The translations under genes and the position numbers were made by a program. Shown here one piece after another: positions 1-9,300 of a stretch of 64,000 nt of DNA. The notes beneath the pieces are model-generated. The model was given only the letters and a program-made list of their open reading frames with translations, was not told the origin of the DNA and searched no databases. The DNA comes from Giardia intestinalis (lineage: Eukaryota), in the NCBI GenBank assembly GCA_000002435.2, contig CM018792.1; one strand, written 5' to 3'. The stretch's first letter is position 1; the number at the start of each line of letters is the position of its first letter.

Positions 1-1042
1 GAGCGGTGTTGGCAGCGACCTTGAAGTACGAATACTCGCAAGCTTGTCGATAAGACTTTGGCGTCGTCAGCATCTCATCATCCGTCAGTAATCGCCGCAA
101 ACAATGACTGTATGCGGAGGACCAAGGAGAGAGCAAAAGGGACCGGTCCTCGTTAGATGAGATATAAAATGTAGTGTCAATCTTGGTAGCGTCCTTCTTC
201 AGGACTATGGTTGAGTTCATAGATGATATTGTACGAGAACTAACGGATGTACTTGAGGAGGAGCTTGGCGCAGAGGAGTATGAAGATACAATACTGTTTG
301 ATGATGCGGAATACTCCATGCTACTCCGTGGTGAAGCAGGATCTGTGTGGGTTGTGCTAGTGTTGTGTGTTGGTCTTGCCTCATAGATGTCAAATGATGC
401 TGATAGCGCTCGTGAGGGCGTGTCCATCGACTCAGTAACATGATAAAGAGCAGAGTCACCGGTGCCGATGTCGTCAGTGGACTCACTCAGTTCAGTATTA
501 CTTGCAATGATATTGGGTCGAGAATTAGCAGGGTTCAATCGGTTCATAAAATCATTTATATTATCAGTAAATTCCCCGCGAGAGTCATAGAAGGAAAAGT
601 TGTCGAAACTTGACGCGTTGGGGTGCAAATAATCTGTGGTCTCTCCTGATTCGGAGCTCCAAGAAAAGTTGGTGTCGTCACGATAAATTATTGGCAGATT
701 ATATTTGCTGGTGGGAATGGTGGTAGAACCGGCTTCAAGCATGCAGAGCTGCGCTATTTCGAGATGGCCACGCATGGCTGCCTCCATAAGTGCGGTGCGA
801 CCATCGGTTGAACACAAGCCAAGATAACCCAATTTCTTAACCACGGTATCCATGTCTCCAACCCGCGCTGCTTCTCTGAGGACAGTGTCATCATTTTCAC
901 GCAAGATTGGGGTATAGAAGTGACATGGTATAGGTGTTACATCGTATGCTTCAATCAATAAATTTGCTAAGGATGTCTGTCGGAAGATAAGTGGGAGTGT
1001 CGTAGCCAGGCGCTTTCGGGTCGGTTCCGAATTAACGCTCAT
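1..1042 (-). CDS. Ankyrin-repeat protein (protein 21.1-like), 3'-partial; ATG at 1042..1040, ORF runs off the window start with no stop
   Basis: Hand translation of the reverse complement from the ATG at 1042 is stop-free for about 347 codons down to position 1. It contains an ankyrin repeat (...DGRTALMEAAMRGHLEIAQL...). Missing from the ORF track because that track lists only complete ORFs. An AT-rich divergent promoter is shared with the INO1 gene (1043-1165). Confidence 0.7.
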   Translation of the reverse strand, partial: MSVNSEPTRKRLATTLPLIFRQTSLANLLIEAYDVTPIPCHFYTPILRENDDTVLREAARVGDMDTVVKKLGYLGLCSTDGRTALMEAAMRGHLEIAQLCMLEAGSTTIPTSKYNLPIIYRDDTNFSWSSESGETTDYLHPNASSFDNFSFYDSRGEFTDNINDFMNRLNPANSRPNIIASNTELSESTDDIGTGDSALYHVTESMDTPSRALSASFDIYEARPTHNTSTTHTDPASPRSSMEYSASSNSIVSSYSSAPSSSSSTSVSSRTISSMNSTIVLKKDATKIDTTFYISSNEDRSLLLSPWSSAYSHCLRRLLTDDEMLTTPKSYRQACEYSYFKVAANTA

Positions 1043-1165
1043 CGGGGCTCAGCTTGTTTTATTTCACCTAATAATGGAAAAATAAATTGAAAGATTAGAA
1101 AAAATGCAATATAACATTGAACTGTTATTTCGGGCCTCTCAGAATATCCTTGACTGTCCTTTGCA

Positions 1166-2815
1166 ATGCTTGTTGAGTGCATCGACGTTGATGGGGTCTA
1201 TGTTGAGGCAGGGACCCGCTACGCAGCATATAATACGGCGTCCACCTCTGTTTCACGACGAGAGGGCGTTACACGTGTCGCCGCAAAGAATGAATCGTTC
1301 GTCTTCAAAACAAATATCTTGCCTCAGCGTGTCGGAGTTATGCTTGTCGGGCTCGGCGGTAGCAACGGGTCCACCCTTGTGGCCGGGCTGGTTGCCAACA
1401 AGCACAAACTTGCATGGCGTGAAAAGACAGGCTTAAAGACGGCCAACCTGCTCGGATCCGTTGTGGCCAACGCCTGCACGGCTGTCGGCGCTGTAGGTAT
1501 GTCTGCGATCGATACAGTTTACGTCCCGTTCAGGTCTTTGGCCCCATTTCCGGATCCAACAGAGATTTACTTGTCCGGGTGGGATATTTCCTCAAAAAAC
1601 CTGTACGAGGCACAAGTGGAGGCCTGTGTACTCCAGCCAGAGCTTCTTGATCAGCTGAAGCCGGACCTTGAAACACGCAAGCCCTATCCCGCAGTCTCCT
1701 ACGGCTCCTGGCTAGCGTCCACGCAGGAGGAGCGCGCAGACAACCTTGTACCGGTTGATAAGGAGACAACTTACCGCAATATAGTCGATACTCTCCGAAG
1801 CCACATTAGGGAGTTCAAGCGTATCAACGGTCTAACCAGCTCAGATGGACCCGCGCAAACCCTCGTTTTATGGACAGCTAGCACAGAGAGGTGCTGCGAC
1901 GAGGAACTCATTGTGAAGCATCTTCCCACCAAGGACAAGCTTCTGAAGGAGCTGAGTAGTGTAGTCAATCCTGACTCGTCTGAGTACTTGGCTCCATCCT
2001 TACTCTACGCAGTCGCTGCTGTGGAAGAGGGGTGCACTTATCTAAATGGGGCGCCCCAGAACACATTGGTACCCGGTCTTCAAGAGTACGCCCGCTCCCT
2101 GGGCTGCTTGCTGGCCGGTGATGACTTTAAAACGGGTCAAACGAAGTTCAAGTCCTTCCTTACCGACATGCTTGTCGGCTCTGGTCTTCGCGTGCGTGCT
2201 ATAACGTCGTATAATCATCTAGGAAACAATGACGGCCGTAATCTAAGCCAGGAAAAGCAATTCAGATCCAAGGAAATTTCAAAAACGGCTGTCATTGACG
2301 ATATCATCGACAAGGCACCGCTTCTATATTCTAGAGATCGGCAGGGACAGGTAGACCCCTCGATAGATCATACGGTGGTGATTAAGTATGTTCCGCACGT
2401 GGGTGACAGCAAGCGAGCTCTCGATGAGTACGTGAGCGACATCTTCATGAATGGCTCCAGCACTATTTCCATTTATAACACATGCGAGGACACGCTCTTA
2501 GCTGTTCCAATAATGGTTGACATGATATGCTTTGCAGCACTTTTGGCAAATGTGGAGGTTGCGCATATTGCCGAGTCGCAAGCCCCCGTTAAGTGCGTAA
2601 CTAAAGAACTAGTTTCCAAGCTAAACTTTAAGCCAGTCAACAATCTAATGCCGGTCATGTCCCTATTCTTCAAGGCACCACTTCCTCGAACAGCAGACAG
2701 GAGTGACATCGTAAATGCATTTGCGGCCCAGCGTGCCGCCATAGAGGACTTTGTGAGAGCAATAGCAGGACTCCAGCATCTCCCGCAACTTAACGTGGGT
2801 GCACTAACTATGTAG
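1166..2815 (+). CDS. INO1: myo-inositol-1-phosphate synthase (MIPS)
   Basis: Canonical MIPS motifs are present: LVGLGGSNGST (GWGGNNGST-like), LWTASTERC (LWTANTERY), NGAPQNTLVPGL (NGSPQNTFVPGL) and an exact SYNHLGNNDG. True ATG at 1166. Confidence 0.9.
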   Translation: MLVECIDVDGVYVEAGTRYAAYNTASTSVSRREGVTRVAAKNESFVFKTNILPQRVGVMLVGLGGSNGSTLVAGLVANKHKLAWREKTGLKTANLLGSVVANACTAVGAVGMSAIDTVYVPFRSLAPFPDPTEIYLSGWDISSKNLYEAQVEACVLQPELLDQLKPDLETRKPYPAVSYGSWLASTQEERADNLVPVDKETTYRNIVDTLRSHIREFKRINGLTSSDGPAQTLVLWTASTERCCDEELIVKHLPTKDKLLKELSSVVNPDSSEYLAPSLLYAVAAVEEGCTYLNGAPQNTLVPGLQEYARSLGCLLAGDDFKTGQTKFKSFLTDMLVGSGLRVRAITSYNHLGNNDGRNLSQEKQFRSKEISKTAVIDDIIDKAPLLYSRDRQGQVDPSIDHTVVIKYVPHVGDSKRALDEYVSDIFMNGSSTISIYNTCEDTLLAVPIMVDMICFAALLANVEVAHIAESQAPVKCVTKELVSKLNFKPVNNLMPVMSLFFKAPLPRTADRSDIVNAFAAQRAAIEDFVRAIAGLQHLPQLNVGALTM

Positions 2816-2873
2816 TCAGCAGATTTAGCAAGTGGTATTCCAGCCCTAATTGCTGACATTTCTGGAGTTTCTG

Positions 2874-4349
2874 TCACTGAGGGCAAAATCCTTGATACTG
2901 TATACCACTAACGGAGGTAAACGGCATATAAGTAAGTGTGTTTGATGCAGCTGGGGCCGAGTGCATGCAACCTGAGGACGGGGGCTGCATCAGGTTTAGT
3001 TGCCCGAGGTTGTTCATGAGAGCGTCAAGCTCCCTGTCTCTCGTCTCATCGTCGTACATCTCTTCCAGTAGTGCGTTTATATCGTCGTCTGGAGCATTTA
3101 CGATGGCCACGCCTTCTTCCGTTTCATATCGAGCTAGCTTGTGCTTAGAGTGTTGCTTAGTGCCCTTCCACTTGCCCGCAATGACCACTCTGAGATTTAA
3201 ATATATGTCCGAAGGAGTGATTCCGTAGGCTTGAAAGTCAAGGTTGTCCAAGCTATACACAGCCACAGAGCGCCCGGGCTTGCAAAGGGAGGAGAGATAC
3301 GTCTTGGTATGCACGGTCACCCCCTCGTACATGTCGTTTTCACGCTGGAGCTCGACATATGCAATCGGAGATCCTTGGCCCCGCTTTCCACTACTGTTTT
3401 CTTCTTCAGATACAAGCACTATTCCTTCAACTTTGTGCCGTCGATCACGAAACGCTGTGAATGGCTTTTCAAAATATTGCGCTGCCGTTAGTGACCCTGT
3501 GTTTCCCGTGAGAGGGTCAACGAAATGAATTCGAGAGTTGACCTTGCTGACGATACAAAGAGGGCCCAGACCGCCAAGCTGGTTATAGAAGCGTCGCGGC
3601 AGATACACGAGATCGTCCTTGCATAGCTGGGCAATCTCAAACATAACAGAATACTCTATGGTCGCCGTATTAGACTTTAAATCTGCAGAAATAAGCTTTT
3701 GGCTTTCAGAATGTCTTCCGGGAACAGAGTTGTGAAGAAGATCAACAAATCTACCTGCATCTGATCGTGACGTGAAGTAAAAGTCTAATCCATGGGGATA
3801 TTCCTTAATGTTACTAATGTTTAGCTTAGCTCTGTTGTGAAGGATAATCTGTTCCAGGTAAAGAAACGTGCGCTTGTGGTTAACCGTTTGTCGCACCTGA
3901 ACCCGAGTACTCCATGTGTGCTCCGTGTGAGTGTATTGACACGGTACACACAGAGTAGACACAACCGTGAAGGTACAGATGTGCTCTTGCTGTAAAACTG
4001 CGCCCTGCTGCACCTCCGCCTGAATGAGCAAGCGCACCTTGATGCGCTTTGAGTGCTCCTCCGTCCAAATGAAGCCAGCATCGACAACCCGCACATGCTG
4101 TAATCCACGTATCTTCTTGAGGCAGATTCCAAGCAGCTGTGGAGATTCTAGCTCTGCAGCAACATACTTTTCGTTCCCCACGTTGTATCTATTGCACTGG
4201 TGGCAGTGGATTAGGGTCTGCTCTGTGTCAATCCCTTTTGTTATATTTACCCGCGCACGCAGGCAGGGAAGGCACATAGAGGTGGGGTTAGGCTCAATGG
4301 GGACCCCGCAGGAGCAGCAAAGAATCCCATATGTCTGATCTGGCTCCAT
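2874..4349 (-). CDS. NMD3: 60S ribosomal subunit export adaptor NMD3
   Basis: N-terminal run of four Cys-x2-Cys zinc-binding pairs (LCCSCGVPIEPNPTSMCLPCL...CHQCNRY) followed by the NMD3 OB-like region. ATG verified at 4349. Confidence 0.85.
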   Translation of the reverse strand: MEPDQTYGILCCSCGVPIEPNPTSMCLPCLRARVNITKGIDTEQTLIHCHQCNRYNVGNEKYVAAELESPQLLGICLKKIRGLQHVRVVDAGFIWTEEHSKRIKVRLLIQAEVQQGAVLQQEHICTFTVVSTLCVPCQYTHTEHTWSTRVQVRQTVNHKRTFLYLEQIILHNRAKLNISNIKEYPHGLDFYFTSRSDAGRFVDLLHNSVPGRHSESQKLISADLKSNTATIEYSVMFEIAQLCKDDLVYLPRRFYNQLGGLGPLCIVSKVNSRIHFVDPLTGNTGSLTAAQYFEKPFTAFRDRRHKVEGIVLVSEEENSSGKRGQGSPIAYVELQRENDMYEGVTVHTKTYLSSLCKPGRSVAVYSLDNLDFQAYGITPSDIYLNLRVVIAGKWKGTKQHSKHKLARYETEEGVAIVNAPDDDINALLEEMYDDETRDRELDALMNNLGQLNLMQPPSSGCMHSAPAASNTLTYMPFTSVSGIQYQGFCPQ

Positions 4350-4426
4350 TAAATTTACATTTATTTGATACTCGAATTTGGCATTGACTCAGGGAATCAC
4401 GCAGGCAAGATGCTCCAAATTTAAAA

Positions 4427-4984
4427 TTACTTGCCCTTGGCGCTAAAGAGAATCTGCTTTAGATCGCGCACAAGTTCCCGGCGTATTTCCTTCAGGAAGC
4501 CCACTGTGATATCAGACTTTCGAGAACGGCTGAATTTGCGATTTGTCAGAATGCGAAGAAATCTAGCCATTCCATTATCCCGTGTTCCAGAAAGGTTCTC
4601 AAAGTAACGCAAATCTAACTTCTTCCAGCCAGGAATCTCTACTTGCTGTCTTTGGATTGCGGTGGCATTAGGCTCCAAAGAAGAATATTCAAAATTGGGC
4701 AATAGGAGTTTGGAGAATGCGTCCACAGAAGGCTCTGGGACGTGCATTGTTTCAATATGCTGCGACACAATGGCTCCGAGGGCGTCCATGTCTGGATCGT
4801 CGTGCAGATAGTGCATTATTTCGGTGGCTTGTTCATCCGAAATCCGTAAGGCGCGTGCTACAGGAGCCACTAGTGACATTTTAGTTAAAAAGTCGTTATG
4901 GTCTAGCTTGAAGGCCCGCATCATAAGGTAAAAGGCTGCGACTTCTGTATCTCGGAATGATCGCATGACCTCCTCAGGCTTCAT
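4427..4984 (-). CDS. Hypothetical protein (185 aa from the first ATG; the track start at 5035 is a TTG)
   Basis: Long ORF. First in-frame ATG is at 4984 (MKPEEVMRSF...). No family recognised. Confidence 0.5.
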   Translation of the reverse strand: MKPEEVMRSFRDTEVAAFYLMMRAFKLDHNDFLTKMSLVAPVARALRISDEQATEIMHYLHDDPDMDALGAIVSQHIETMHVPEPSVDAFSKLLLPNFEYSSLEPNATAIQRQQVEIPGWKKLDLRYFENLSGTRDNGMARFLRILTNRKFSRSRKSDITVGFLKEIRRELVRDLKQILFSAKGK

Positions 4985-5121
4985 TTTAAATTTGATTCTA
5001 CTGCGTGGGGATTCCTTTAATATTTGTGATTTCAAGCAGCAAAGAACCGATTCCTGAAATGCCGAGGCAGCACACTCTACCCATTTTCTGTACCTCAGGG
5101 CAATCTCTCATAAAAATTAAA

Positions 5122-5814
5122 ATGCAAGGCTTGAAGGGGGCCTATGTCCAAGAGAACAAAACCGATCGTAGTAACATAACCACTATCGTTCTTTCAGGGG
5201 TACGGCCACAATACACCATCACTATTGATCGTCGTCACGTTATCGATATACCCAACACGTACAGCGTGTGCTACTATTCCATCACGGTCTTGCCGGAGGT
5301 CAGTGATATCGGTTTGTTCAAAACTGTCTCTCTCCAAGGATCAACAATATGCAAGCTTGTCCCCGCCCTTATGGTCCCGGGATCTCTGGAGTGCGCTGTG
5401 CCCTACATCCAGAAGCTTGTAGACTTTTTCTACATATACGCTGAATATTTGACGGGCAAATCCAACCAAGACATTTTGATTGAGGCCAATCGGGTTTGCC
5501 GGGAATTTAATTTCTCGAGTTTGAAAGTGATAAACACTGTGGCTAGCCTTGCCAGGGGAATTCGTCTGATTGTACGTCCGTATCTCGCTCTGAAGAACAA
5601 TACCTATACTAGGGAAGAGGCTGGGGAGGCGTCTAACTCTTACTTGGCAAAGTACAAGAATGGGTTAGATGATGTCGTCAAAGCAGCCTCTAAAACAGGT
5701 GCAATCTTCACTCGTGGCTTTATGAGAGAGTACGTTAAGCAATACACTCACTTTCTCATCCTTTCAGTCTCGTGTGAAAAGTTTCTAAAGACTACCTCCA
5801 CCACTGCGCACTAA
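5122..5814 (+). CDS. Hypothetical protein (track start 5005 is GTG; candidate ATGs at 5059 and 5122)
   Basis: The ATG at 5122 is preceded by a classic Giardia AT-rich initiator (cataaaaattaaaATG). Long uninterrupted ORF. No family recognised. Confidence 0.5.
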   Translation: MQGLKGAYVQENKTDRSNITTIVLSGVRPQYTITIDRRHVIDIPNTYSVCYYSITVLPEVSDIGLFKTVSLQGSTICKLVPALMVPGSLECAVPYIQKLVDFFYIYAEYLTGKSNQDILIEANRVCREFNFSSLKVINTVASLARGIRLIVRPYLALKNNTYTREEAGEASNSYLAKYKNGLDDVVKAASKTGAIFTRGFMREYVKQYTHFLILSVSCEKFLKTTSTTAH

Positions 5815-5924
5815 ACGCGTCGAAGGACAAGTAAACAATATGTTGCAAAAAGTATTCACTAATTACGAACAAGCATGAGTGACTACTGTGCTTTATGTGC
5901 CCTTCGAGAAAGACTCCACTCAGC

Positions 5925-6326
5925 TTAATCTGGAAGCATCCACGACGATTTAGAGAAATCTGATATGGATGTCAAGGCAAGAGGGATTTCGTTTTCTATG
6001 TCACTTCCAACGTCATCTTCTTTATTCACGAAGCGTCTGTCCCCATGCTCTAGATACCTCTTCTGCGAAGAAGTGTAGGTCATCTGCCCTCGCTTAAAGG
6101 TTCTCCCGGACGGCTCAATTAATAATGGAATGCCGGAGGAGCCTCTCTTAGCGTGACTGTCTGTATTCATGCAATGACAGAACGCCATTGCAGCTCTCCT
6201 GGCACGCCGCCGCTTCACCTCCTTTAGAATTGCCTCGTTGTTTTCGTCGGTAAAATCTAACGAGTCGGAACATACTATCACCGCCTCCTGCTGCTTCTGG
6301 CCCTGCCTGCTTGGGTTAGTACTCAT
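5925..6326 (-). CDS. Small hypothetical protein (133 aa from the ATG at 6326)
   Basis: ORF with the first ATG at 6326 (MSTNPSRQGQK...). Basic stretch RRRARRAAMAFCHCM. No family recognised. Confidence 0.4.
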   Translation of the reverse strand: MSTNPSRQGQKQQEAVIVCSDSLDFTDENNEAILKEVKRRRARRAAMAFCHCMNTDSHAKRGSSGIPLLIEPSGRTFKRGQMTYTSSQKRYLEHGDRRFVNKEDDVGSDIENEIPLALTSISDFSKSSWMLPD

Positions 6327-6388
6327 TCCACAGGTTTGACGAACAGAACACAACTGGTTTTTATTAACACCCAGCCTTGTATTACACC

Positions 6389-9300
6389 TTAATTTACGCC
6401 AGCCCTTGCTGCAGCAAGAAAGTCCTTAAGCAGGCTGCCCAGTGCAATGCAAAAGGAATAGAATGAGGTCTGGACAGTCACTTTCTTTAAGACAATTGGG
6501 TGCATGGCACTAGTCTCGGCATCTGTCTGCGGCATGAAGCCTTTGAAAGTGAGTATCACTTTGTCATCCCTTGAGGTATGGCCATGAGCGTCATCTATAA
6601 TGTCCAATTGGCACAGCACATATGCTGGATAAGTGCTGTGACTGAGTTCGTCCTCAGAAGCACACTGAAGCAGGTCCATGTTCAGCGATGCAGCTGCTGA
6701 AGAGACTGCGCGCAATATCCTCGCAGGTTTAGTAAATAGTGTCACTAAAGGTAACCTATTTAGAAGCACAAATCCAAACTTTGTGGACACGATGGACGGT
6801 TGCATGTCGGGATACCCGCGGGATACCTCGCTCTTTGACGTCTCTTCACTCACTGGGTCTAGAAGATTTGGATACATGCGTCCCAGTCCCACTATCCCTT
6901 CATGATTTAAATCCGCGGTGAGACGAGGGGCCTCTGTCGTTTTCTGCTGGTATAGCTTTTTTTCCGCACAGTGTGGCGGAGTGTATATTACCCCTTGCTC
7001 ACCGTACATGCTCGATGCACAGGAGTCCGTATCTGGTAACACGAGTTCGGAGAGACCAGGATCTCCTGCCCGCTTCATGTGCACGCGCAGATGGATACGG
7101 GAATCATCAATAGAAAAGGAGCACTGCTCAAACAGCAGAGCCTTCAACGCTAGTATGTGTGAAAGTATCTTAGTTGCGTCTAGAAGATACATTGACTCGA
7201 CGGACCAGTCATTGTGACTATAGACACCAGATCGTGGTGTACCAGGATTAGGAATAAAGTTAAAAGTGGCACCAGCTGCTGGACAACTGCAAGCACGCCG
7301 AACAATGGGGGCTGTGCCCCCGTGCCGTCTCGATAGGTATGACCCCAGTGCCTTTTGCAGATAAATATATGGCATATCAGAGCATAAGGCCGCCCAACAG
7401 TTACAAATAGCTACTGCGAAGACGTCATACAGTTGGGGTGGAATCTTCTCGATGACAAAGTCCACCGTTAGGTAATTTGTCGCTAAGCTCGTCAGGGTTG
7501 CCCCAGCAAAGACAGGATTGCCCTTCCTACTCCTACTCCTGCTCCTGCTACACTGTTTTAAGTAAGAGCTATCGGATGCGTATTGATATCGCGCAATGAG
7601 GTCAGAAGACCCGTAGACAACGTCATTACTTATCCCAGAGTCCACTCTCTCGGCTAACCCATCAGATATATGCACATCCACCTCGTGTGCGTATAGGTAT
7701 CGGTGGAGTGATGAGATTATGAGAAAGGCGAGCTTGAAGTTGTAAGTCATTTGCACATTAGTGTAAAGAACGTAATTAACGAGTTCCATAGTGGATTGCC
7801 CACCAGTGGCGGCCCTCTCATCGGAGTAGTGAACATTGTGCGGGGAGAGAAGCGAGTACGCTTGGATAGAGCACGTCCTTGGGCTGCGCCAGCGACGATT
7901 CGACAAGGCAATCGTGTATATGGGCTGAAGATCGGCAACGAGCGCAAGGTTCTGCTCAATAAGAACTCTATCGAGAATATCAAATAGATTCCAAGACGAC
8001 CCCTTGCTGGCCAACGTGATGCTTATGTCGTGTGAAGAAAGAAGACAGTTTTGTATGCGCTTGGTGAAACCATCGAGATTGATTGTTTTGAACCTTATAA
8101 TTGAGAGGATCACCTCCAAGTTATACACGTTCAGCTCTGCAAAGCGGTGAAGACTAACCAGCAGCCTGCGCTGCTCCTTCGAGAAGACCTGCGATTGTGC
8201 CATTACACGGCTTGATATGGAATGGAAAACCACGGCACAGTTTAAGCAGTGTGTTATGTACGCTAGATACTGCGATTTCTCCCTCTTCTTTCTTGTGTAC
8301 ATCATGCTTGCTAGTTTGTGCATCTTATAGTGATTCTGGAGGCGTTCTAAGGTAATTGTGAACACCTGCATTGTTTTACAGAGGAGTAGTAGCTTTTGCG
8401 GATCCAGAATTGCTACACTTGCTATGGAAGAAAAGATGATGGAATCTGAGATCTGTGACGTATTTGTGGACGTACAGCTGGGCGAAGGACAGATATCTAA
8501 TGACACGTCACACTGTATGACGTGCACGAGGGGGCTCTGGCCCTTCCGGCACCGAGCCACTAACAATGTTACCCCAAGAGAAGACGACAGCAGGGACAGA
8601 AAAAGCTTTGGAATCACCCGGATGGTCGAGTTTGCCATTCGCGCGTATTGAAGCATGAACTGTGCCTTCGATGCTCTTTCAATAACATCAGAATAGATAG
8701 CCTCTTGGTAGCCAGCACTAATGGTGAAGCCAAAAACGAAGACCCAGTCAAAGAAGGTAGTCGAGAGAGCCTTCTCTAAATCCTCTAGGAGGGCAAAGTA
8801 GAGGCTCCGATCTTTTAACGGATCCATCAATGCAGCATTATCATCGACAGCTAAGTAGTTTAGAATCTCAAGCTCTTTAAGTCTGTACTTACGACTTGCT
8901 CCGGGGTACGGCAGCGTATTCAGTGTATTGTGAGGTAGGGGCTTGACATTTGAAAAGAAGAATGCCGGAGTGCTGATGGGGGTGCTACACGAAGAAGTTG
9001 GCGTGCTATTGAAGCTGCACTGCTGGGAGAACGGGATGGGGAATGTCACAGCCGTCTTTTGAACGTTAATGGAGACAGCAAGCTCACTGCTGGAATTCTT
9101 CTTTCTGGTCCTGTCACCAAACGGCGAAAGCGACTCGCCAGTAGAAGTGGGATACGATAAGTCATGAAGGGCTCTCTCAAGCTGTTGGTACTCTAAAAGC
9201 TTCTGGCCTGTCACAGAAAGAGAGCTGCTCTCTTCCATGGTCTGCTGGCCGATCGATGCGTGAGAGTCATCAAACGGGTCTAGAAAGTCAATGTTCATTA

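Noticed and set aside
174-486. Small ORFs 174-386 (+) and 217-486 (-) at the window start
   Set aside because: They lie inside, and out of frame with, the long stop-free ankyrin reading frame running 1042 to 1.
1104-1436. 110-aa ORF overlapping the INO1 start
   Set aside because: Alternate frame of the INO1 5' region. INO1 is unambiguously identified in its own frame from ATG 1166.
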